Assembly (NCBI GenBank): GCA_965218435.1
Contig: CBDCKW010000009.1
Span: 1,472,001-1,536,000 of the forward strand
Source of the DNA: Truepera sp.
GTDB taxonomy: Bacteria; Deinococcota; Deinococci; Deinococcales; Trueperaceae
DNA length: 64,000 nucleotides
Reading direction: 5' to 3'
The position numbers and the translations under genes were made by a program. Of this stretch, positions 57,215 through 64,000 are shown piece after piece. How positions within the stretch are numbered: position 1 is the stretch's first letter; each line of letters opens with the position of its first letter. Under the pieces are notes generated by a model, which saw only the letters and a list, made by a program, of their open reading frames with translations, made no database searches and was not told the DNA's origin.

Positions 57215-58198
57215 GTGGACAGCGTGAGTCCGGCTTATTTTTTGGGGCTCGACGCCGGAAATTCAAAAACCGTCGCCTTGGTGTCCGACGCCGGGGGCTG
57301 TATTCGCGGCTGGGGGCGTGGGGGCAGCGGGGATATTTATGTGTCGGAAGAGGGTGCGCTTAGGTCGGTCAAACACGCCGCCGAAACCGCCCTCGAGCTG
57401 GCCGGGTTAGCACCGAGTGACCTCGAGGCGAGCTGTTTTAGTCTGGTCGGCGCGGATTGGCCCGAAGACTTCGTATTCTGGCAGCAAAAAGTTGCCGACT
57501 TTGGTTTCGGCGTAAAGGTGAAGGTCGTCAATGATGCGCTCGGAGCACTGCGTGCAGGCACGCCTGAAGACGGGGTGGCAGTCGTTTGTGGTACCGGCGC
57601 TGCCATCGGCGCACGGCGGGGCGCACACGTCTGGCACAGTTCATTTTGGCAGGAACCGGTGGGCGGCGCTGAGCTGAGTGAACAGACGTTGCGGGCTGTG
57701 TTCCGCGCCGACCTGGGCCTCGGCCCTGCCACCACGTTGACAGAGAGTATCCTCACCTACTTCAGCTGTTCGAGCGCCGAAGCGGTCCTGCACCAGCTGA
57801 CCGCGCGGCAGGCTGAACCCGTACGCCGACGGGCAAGTTTGTCTCGGCTCCTGTTAGACGCGGCAGCCGCGGGCGACGGGGTGGCACTCGAGCTAGTTCG
57901 GCGGGCCGCTGTGACGCTCGGCGAGTACGCGTGTGTCGCAGCCCGAAAGGTGGGTTTAGGCGACGCGCCGTTTCCGCTGGTCTTGGCGGGCGGCGTGCTG
58001 CGCCATCCCGGTGCGACCTTAAAGGACGCGGTAAGCGCCTATGTCCGGCAGGCGTTGCCACCAGCCGACCCTAAGCTCTCCCCTTTTGAGCCGGTGGTCG
58101 GGGCACTCTTATTGGCGCTCGAGACGACCGTCCCTACTATCTCGGACTACACACCGCTCACCGAGACGTTGCCCCCACTCGACTTGTTTACCACCTAG
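57215..58198 (+). CDS. BadF/BadG-family sugar (GlcNAc-like) kinase
   Basis: LGLDAGNSKT, VVNDA, CGTG, LAGGV. Confidence 0.88.
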   Translation: MDSVSPAYFLGLDAGNSKTVALVSDAGGCIRGWGRGGSGDIYVSEEGALRSVKHAAETALELAGLAPSDLEASCFSLVGADWPEDFVFWQQKVADFGFGVKVKVVNDALGALRAGTPEDGVAVVCGTGAAIGARRGAHVWHSSFWQEPVGGAELSEQTLRAVFRADLGLGPATTLTESILTYFSCSSAEAVLHQLTARQAEPVRRRASLSRLLLDAAAAGDGVALELVRRAAVTLGEYACVAARKVGLGDAPFPLVLAGGVLRHPGATLKDAVSAYVRQALPPADPKLSPFEPVVGALLLALETTVPTISDYTPLTETLPPLDLFTT

Positions 58199-58282
58199 CT
58201 TGCACCTTATAGTCACCTGCTGCGCGCTTATCTAAAAGCCCAGTGACCCCGGCAGCAGTAGAGTATCAGACGAGGAGAACAG

Positions 58283-59581
58283 ATGGCACGGATTAAAATC
58301 GCCTATATCGGCGGGGGCAGCACGCGGGCTCCTGGCACACTGGCGTCATTTATCGAGCAGGGGGAGAACTTCGCGGGCTCGGAAATCGTGCTGATTGACC
58401 TGAACCGAGAAAGGCTCGAGCTGGTCCAAAAGTTGGCCGACAAGATGGCCCGCGCCAAAGGTGCCCAGCTCAAAGTCAGCGTCGCGCCGAACCAGCGCGA
58501 CGGCTTGAGGGACGCCCAGGCAGTGTTGTCGAGCTACCGTCCGGGCGGTTTTGAAGCGCGTTATCTGGACGAAAGTATTCCCCTCAAACACGGGGTGATC
58601 GGTCAAGAGACGCAGGGACCCGGCGGCTTTTTTATGGCGCTGCGTTCGGTCGAAGCTGTTAAAAGCATCGTTAAAGACATGGAAGACGTTTGCCCGAGAG
58701 CGCGGCTTTTTAACTACACCAATCCCGTCAATATCATCGCCGAGGCCGTTACCCACCACTCAGCTATCCCCACCGTGTCGCTCTGCGAAGGCCCGATTAT
58801 CTTTCCGCGTGAAATTGCAGCGTTGGCTGACCTCGAGCCGGACAAAGTTGACGCCGTGATGATCGGCCTCAATCACGCCTCGTGGTCGGTCAGGCATACC
58901 TACGGCGACGGCGAGGACTTCGTGGCGCTGGTCACCGAGGCGTACGAGCGTAAAAAAGACACCGACATGGACGTAAGGGGGAAACGGCTACTCGAGCTGA
59001 CCGCCAAAATGGGCAGCGTACCCGCTCAGTACTATCTCTACTACTACTACCGTGACGCCATCTTAAAAGAGCTGACTCAAAAATCTACCACCCGTGCGCA
59101 GGACATCATGGCGTCGGTCCCCGACTACTGGCGGCACTACCGCGAGCAAGCCGAGCTTGACAACCCGCAGCTCGACCCCGAACGTTCGCGCGGCGGCATT
59201 AATGAGCTCGAGCTTGCCATTGACGTGATGGACGCGGTTTACAACCACCGCCAAGAGGTGTGGCCGGTCAACGTCCCTAACCGTGGGGCGTTGGCAGATT
59301 TTCCCGACGATATGGTTGTCGAAGTACCGGGGCTGGTGGACGGTAACGGCGTTACTCCAATCGCCTTCGGCCAGCTGCCGAAACAAGTGGTGGGCCTGAC
59401 CAAGATGCTGGGAGAATACCAGGCGCTCACCGCCGAAGCAGCGTGGTGCGGGACGAGGCGCGACGCTGTACGCGCCCTCACCGCCAACCCGCTGGTTCTC
59501 TCGCTACCCAAAGCTGAAGCCCTCTACGATGAGATGTCGGCCGCACTGAAAGACTACTTACCTGAACGGTTACTGAGGTAG
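58283..59581 (+). CDS. GH4 glycoside hydrolase (6-phospho-beta-glucosidase-like)
   Basis: IGGGS, R.LDE.IP, GQETQGPGG, NYTNP, LCEGP, GLNH. Confidence 0.92.
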   Translation: MARIKIAYIGGGSTRAPGTLASFIEQGENFAGSEIVLIDLNRERLELVQKLADKMARAKGAQLKVSVAPNQRDGLRDAQAVLSSYRPGGFEARYLDESIPLKHGVIGQETQGPGGFFMALRSVEAVKSIVKDMEDVCPRARLFNYTNPVNIIAEAVTHHSAIPTVSLCEGPIIFPREIAALADLEPDKVDAVMIGLNHASWSVRHTYGDGEDFVALVTEAYERKKDTDMDVRGKRLLELTAKMGSVPAQYYLYYYYRDAILKELTQKSTTRAQDIMASVPDYWRHYREQAELDNPQLDPERSRGGINELELAIDVMDAVYNHRQEVWPVNVPNRGALADFPDDMVVEVPGLVDGNGVTPIAFGQLPKQVVGLTKMLGEYQALTAEAAWCGTRRDAVRALTANPLVLSLPKAEALYDEMSAALKDYLPERLLR

Positions 59582-59763
59582 GGGTCTCTTTCATGCTTTC
59601 AAAAAGCCTTTATACCGGATTGGGCAGAACCGAGTTGGGCAGACGTGCTTTTATCACACACAGCTACTACCCGTAAAAATCTTCGCAGCTTACTAAAGAC
59701 GAGCAAACACTCCGTGAGCCTGTTTGTCTGTCACTAGACGAAAGCTAACGAGCAAAATCTACG

Positions 59764-60591
59764 ATGGGAGAAGCGCCTATGGTAAAAGAAATTGGATCAA
59801 AAGAAACCGGGTCGAAAGAAGCCGACCCCCGTCATACCAACGTTCAGCTGTTGGTCGAAAAAGATTACGACGCGCTCAGTAAAGTGGGAGCCGATTTTGT
59901 CGCTGGGGTGTTCAAAGAAAAGCCCGACGCCGCCGTGGTCGTAGCGACGGGTAATACCCCGGTGGGCCTCTACCGCGAGCTGGCTGCAGCGTACGCGTCC
60001 GGCGCATTTGATTCGCAAAAGCTTAAAGTATTTCAACTCGACGCCTACTTAGGGCTCACCCCCGACGATCCACGTTCACTCAACGGCTGGACTAGGCGTG
60101 CCTTCCTTACCCCTTTAGAGATAAACACTCACCAACTGGTTGGGCTGCCGGGTGACAGTCCCGACCCCGAGGCCACCTGCCGCGCCTACGACGAAGCCGT
60201 CGAGCAAGCGGGAGGGTTTGACCTGGCTATTTTAGGACTCGGACCCAACGGTCATCTCGGCTTTAACGAGCCCCCCTCGAGTGCCACCGAGGTTACCCGC
60301 GTCGTTGCGCTAACCGAGGAGAGTATCGTCAGCAACGCGCACTATTGGGGCGGACGGGATCAGGTGCCGCGGCAGGCGCTTACGGCAGGGATGCGCGTGT
60401 TACTCGAGGCTAAAAAGATACTTTTACTCGTGTCAGGCGCACACAAGCGTGACATCTTACAAAAAACCTTGGCGGGTCCCATCACGCCTGAGGTTCCGGC
60501 GTCTTACTTGCGAACCTCGAGCGACGTAACCGTGTTGGTTGACAAGGCCGCGCAAGGACCTTCTTCATACTTTAGCGACGATCAGGGGTGA
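59764..60591 (+). CDS. nagB: Glucosamine-6-phosphate deaminase
   Basis: ATGNTP.G.Y, LGLGPNGHLGFNEP, VPRQALT.G, ITPEVPAS.L. Confidence 0.88.
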   Translation: MGEAPMVKEIGSKETGSKEADPRHTNVQLLVEKDYDALSKVGADFVAGVFKEKPDAAVVVATGNTPVGLYRELAAAYASGAFDSQKLKVFQLDAYLGLTPDDPRSLNGWTRRAFLTPLEINTHQLVGLPGDSPDPEATCRAYDEAVEQAGGFDLAILGLGPNGHLGFNEPPSSATEVTRVVALTEESIVSNAHYWGGRDQVPRQALTAGMRVLLEAKKILLLVSGAHKRDILQKTLAGPITPEVPASYLRTSSDVTVLVDKAAQGPSSYFSDDQG

Positions 60592-60778
60592 CACTGTAAC
60601 TTTACAAAAAGACAAGTTGAGCGACCGGTGGTAATCTTTTCGCAATCTGCAGAGGTGCAAACACAGTTGGGTTTGGGGGTGATCGCGCGAAGTCGCCACA
60701 TTGAGCGTCAGAAGCCGTCTCAGAAAGTCATGTTTGAGATTCCAATCATGTTACTTCTATCTGCAAAAGGAGATTATT

Positions 60779-62437
60779 ATGTCAGCGCATGTCAGGCTTA
60801 GCAAGTGGCTCATCGTTATCACCGCTCTGTTTTTTTGTTCAACTCTAGCTCTCGCACAAGACGTGAAGACTGGCGGTACCGTCCGGGCTGCCGTTGCAAA
60901 TGGGTCCTATACCAATAACTCAAATCCTTTTGGTGCCGCCGGTCAAAATTTACCGAGTACCGGACTTGTCTACGAACCGCTGTTTTTCAGCAACATGGTC
61001 ACGGGTGAGCTGACGCCGCTGCTAGGAACATCATACAAATGGAGCAAAGACAACCTCACGCTGAGCGTTAAGACCCGTAAAGGCGTACAGTGGAGTGACG
61101 GGGAGCCGTTTTCCGCCCAAGATGTCGCGTTTACCTTTAACTATCTGAAAGAGCATCCCGAACTCGACACGAGCGGCGTCTGGGCGCTCGGGGTCAAGAG
61201 CGTAACGGCTCCTGATGACACGACGGTCGTGTTTACCTTCGGTAAACCCAATACCCCACTTCTTAGCGACCTCGTAGGACGCACCATCGTTCCAGAACAT
61301 ATCTGGGCAAATATTGCCGACCCGGTACAAGAGACGAACCAAAACCCCGTCGGCACCGGGCCGTTTATGCTCAGCTCGTTTGCGCCGCAGCTGATTAAAA
61401 CAGTTAAAAACCCGAACTACTGGCTGAAAGGGCAACCTTACGTGGACGGCGTGACGTTTCAGGTGACCACCAGCAATCAGGCTTCCCTGCTGCTACTGCT
61501 ACGAAACCAAGCTGATTATTCTTACGACCAAATCCCTAATGTCAAACAGACTTATGATGCCCGCGACCCGAAAACGTATGTGTCGTGGTGGCCGGTCAAC
61601 AACGAAAACATCTTGTACCTGAATACCCTAAAAGCGCCCTTTGAAGATATGGCGTTTCGGAACGCGGTAGCGAGGGCCATCAACAAAGACGACGCTGCCG
61701 CGAAAGCCTACGCCGGGACGACGGTCACTGCTGCAAACCCGACTGCTATCATTCCCGCACAGCAGGGTGAATGGCTCGACCCAGCGTTGCAAGAACCGGC
61801 CTACAGCTTCGACCCTGAGGCGGCGCGTAAGCTGTTGACTGATGCGGGCTACAGCTACGACGGTGACACCCTGCTCGGTAAAGATGGTCAGCCGCTGCCG
61901 ACCTTCGATATCCTCGTCGGCGCAGGCTGGACGGACTTTATCACCATGGCGCAGGTGATCTCGCAAGACCTGGGGGCTATCGGCATCAGCTCGTCTATTC
62001 AGCAAGAAAACTGGGGGTCGTACTCGCTTGGATTACAAAGTGGTACCTACGACATGGCGATCTCGTGGGGCTGGCGTAACGGCCCGACGCCCTATTACCT
62101 CTATAACGGTTCTTTGTCACCTGAGTTTTCAGCGCCTAAGATCGGTGAGACTGCCGACTCGAACTTCTCCCGGCTGACGGACCCGGCAGTGACGAAGGCG
62201 CTCCAAACATATCAGCAGAGCAGTGACCTGAACGTGCAAAAAGAAGCGATCAATGAGATTGCTAAGTTCGTTGCCGACGATGTACCTTATGTCCCGCTCA
62301 CCAACCGTGTCAACTTTGCGAACTTTAACCTGTCAACCTTTACCGGCTGGCCCTCAGCGCAAAACCCCTACACCGACGGGGGTGCCGGAGACTCAACATC
62401 TGGTCTCATAATGTTCCGTGAGGTTCACCTAAAGTAA
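60779..62437 (+). CDS. Family-5 (peptide/oligosaccharide) ABC substrate-binding protein
   Basis: Signal peptide, VYEPL, WSDGEPFSAQDV.FT, PVGTGPF, GWTD; AAGGAG before ATG 60779. Confidence 0.9.
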   Translation: MSAHVRLSKWLIVITALFFCSTLALAQDVKTGGTVRAAVANGSYTNNSNPFGAAGQNLPSTGLVYEPLFFSNMVTGELTPLLGTSYKWSKDNLTLSVKTRKGVQWSDGEPFSAQDVAFTFNYLKEHPELDTSGVWALGVKSVTAPDDTTVVFTFGKPNTPLLSDLVGRTIVPEHIWANIADPVQETNQNPVGTGPFMLSSFAPQLIKTVKNPNYWLKGQPYVDGVTFQVTTSNQASLLLLLRNQADYSYDQIPNVKQTYDARDPKTYVSWWPVNNENILYLNTLKAPFEDMAFRNAVARAINKDDAAAKAYAGTTVTAANPTAIIPAQQGEWLDPALQEPAYSFDPEAARKLLTDAGYSYDGDTLLGKDGQPLPTFDILVGAGWTDFITMAQVISQDLGAIGISSSIQQENWGSYSLGLQSGTYDMAISWGWRNGPTPYYLYNGSLSPEFSAPKIGETADSNFSRLTDPAVTKALQTYQQSSDLNVQKEAINEIAKFVADDVPYVPLTNRVNFANFNLSTFTGWPSAQNPYTDGGAGDSTSGLIMFREVHLK

Positions 62438-62456
62438 CAAGGGTAAGCGTCGGTAC

Positions 62457-62502
62457 AACGCTCGGTGAGTTGGCCAAGACCCTTGCCGAGCGTTCAACTT
62501 TA
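62457..62502 (+). terminator. Probable terminator after the SBP gene
   Basis: AACGCTCGGT...GCCGAGCGTT stem followed by a short T run. Confidence 0.5.
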
Positions 62503-62738
62503 CTACTGTCAGCAAGCTGATCTACCACCAAGTACCAGGGCAAACGCACTACCCACATTTTCTTAAGTCCGACCTCCAAAAATGCTTCAGAATCTGTCCC
62601 TTTTACGGTTTTTATTAGAATGCGATTCTTGAAATACCAGCGTAGTGAGTTTGTAGCTTACGAACGTAGCCCTGATGTGTTTGCTCTACACCAAATAACC
62701 GGGCCGCAACTGGGCCGCCTCGCAGCTCATCATAGGCG

Positions 62739-63563
62739 CTACTTAAGTTTTTCTCGCAAAAAAGCGAGGTTGTGCACCAACACCTCGAGCACCGGGCGCT
62801 CAGCACTAAAGTTTTCAACCACCAGCCAACCTTCGTAACCGACCGCGCTGAGCGCGTCCAAAAAAGCCTGGATATCAACCACGCCGTCGGCCAGCGGCGA
62901 CCAGCGAGCCTGCCACACACCGCCCCCGTCAGGTCGCCTGTAGGCCGCGTTTTTAAGATGAACGTGGGCGAGATAAGGACCTAACAGCTCGAGCCCCAGC
63001 TCATAAGCTTCAAATCCCTCATGTACCATGTTGCCGGGGTCATAGATAACCCCGATCAAATCGGGATCAAAGCGTGATACCAGCCGGTAGGTCAACCCGG
63101 CGCTGGGACAAATCGTAGCGTGATAGGTCTCGACGAGAGCTTTGACACCGTAACCTTGAGCCAACGTTGTCACTTCGTTCAAAAACGCTTCGGCGAGGCC
63201 GAAGCTCTCGGCGTAGCTGTCCCGCAGCTTACCGACGCCGACCGAGGGGATACCCGCCAGCTTAGCAAAGTTCATGGCGGTCTCGGCAGCGGCAAGGTCG
63301 CCGACAGGCACGTAGCTGCCGAGATTAGGAGTGGCCAGATGATGGCGAGCTGCTAACGCTTTTGCCCGCCGAGCATCTTCTGCCGTGGGCGTCAAGGTGC
63401 AGCGGTTGTTGCCCCAAAAAGACGGAGGGTCGTTTCGCTTTTCGCTGGGAGTGGTCATACGCCACTCGACGCCAGCATAGCCGCTCTCTTGAAGGGCTTT
63501 CGCGGCCTCTTCCGGGGTCAGCTCAGGCAGCATAACGGTAAAAACGCCTAGCTTAAGCGTCAT
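62739..63563 (-). CDS. Sugar phosphate isomerase/epimerase (xylose-isomerase-like TIM barrel)
   Basis: GYAGVEWR, LVETY, YDPGN, HVHLKN, GYEGWLVVE; ATG 63563. Confidence 0.88.
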   Translation of the reverse strand: MTLKLGVFTVMLPELTPEEAAKALQESGYAGVEWRMTTPSEKRNDPPSFWGNNRCTLTPTAEDARRAKALAARHHLATPNLGSYVPVGDLAAAETAMNFAKLAGIPSVGVGKLRDSYAESFGLAEAFLNEVTTLAQGYGVKALVETYHATICPSAGLTYRLVSRFDPDLIGVIYDPGNMVHEGFEAYELGLELLGPYLAHVHLKNAAYRRPDGGGVWQARWSPLADGVVDIQAFLDALSAVGYEGWLVVENFSAERPVLEVLVHNLAFLREKLK

Positions 63564-63700
63564 ACTTTGCGTCTCACTGTGCCGTCTCACTGTGCTGCGC
63601 AGTCCTGCTAAGGCTAATGGTCGAAGGCAACCGGGCCACACCTTGGTCAATGAGTCAACCCCAGTTAAGTGGTCTAAACACCGCACAGTCAACCGCACAA

Positions 63701-64000
63701 TCACAAATGATAGGCTCTTTTCACTAACCCGTAAACAAGTTCATGGGCCATTTCAGCAGCCTCCTCCTCACTGATAAGCCCTTTGACGGTCTCTCCGGCC
63801 AACCAGTTACAACAGACCCGCCGCCACACGTCGTGACGCACCGGGATAGACGCGAACGCCCGAGTATCGTCGTTGAAACCCGCCAAATTGTAGATACCGG
63901 CTGTTTCGACTACGGCGTCGAAGTAGCGTTCCATCCCCTTGACCGAATCAAAAAACCACCAGGGTGGCCCTAAACGCAGCGCTGGATAGTGTCCGGCAAG
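63701..64000 (-). CDS. uxaC: Glucuronate isomerase, C-terminal part (gene starts outside the window)
   Basis: LAGHYPALRLGPPWWFFDS..GM, GFNDDTRAF.SIP.RHD..RR. Confidence 0.92.
   Translation of the reverse strand, partial: LAGHYPALRLGPPWWFFDSVKGMERYFDAVVETAGIYNLAGFNDDTRAFASIPVRHDVWRRVCCNWLAGETVKGLISEEEAAEMAHELVYGLVKRAYHL

Noticed and set aside
63668..63683. AGTGGTCTAAACACCG as a DasR/NagR box upstream of the isomerase
   Set aside because: Only one half-site matches well and there is no supporting regulator nearby.

Overview
A ~60% GC bacterial chromosome segment, most likely Deinococcota (Truepera-like). The taxonomy is inferred from the DUF3809/DUF3248-like gene pair; the strong CTCGAG excess is suggestive only. 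Contents in order: a BMP-type (nucleoside/sugar) ABC operon, mnmE, a VOC gene split by an IS5/ISL2-type IS, an RlmI-like methyltransferase, htrA, a decayed ISAs1, housekeeping enzymes (manA etc.) and a peptidoglycan-recycling cluster (namZ, NlpC/P60, anmK, nagZ, serine amidase, GntR, murQ, SIS deaminase). Next comes a ~17 kb block (28.0-45.4 kb) bracketed by two synonymously diverged copies of the 3' end of the SIS gene. It encodes an apparently self-contained surface mannosylation/phospho-remodelling system: ManC, GT2-GtrA, an HprK-like P-loop protein, a GT-C, two GH99-like proteins, a PLC-family phosphoesterase and three metallophosphoesterase lipoproteins, two of them with altered metal ligands. 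The window ends with carbohydrate-utilisation loci (GH127, ABC, AraC, ADP-ribosylglycohydrolase, BadF kinase, GH4, nagB, uxaC). The most unusual non-coding signal is a family of 36-51 bp hairpin micro-elements (GCGGACAGGCCC-variable-TGCCGTTTTGTCCAAGAC), inserted cleanly without target duplication three times, each time inside a transposase gene. A second type of 24-bp double-hairpin insert and several MITE-like relics are also present. No rRNA, tRNA or CRISPR array was recognised. All calls are by eye from motifs; no database searches were run.
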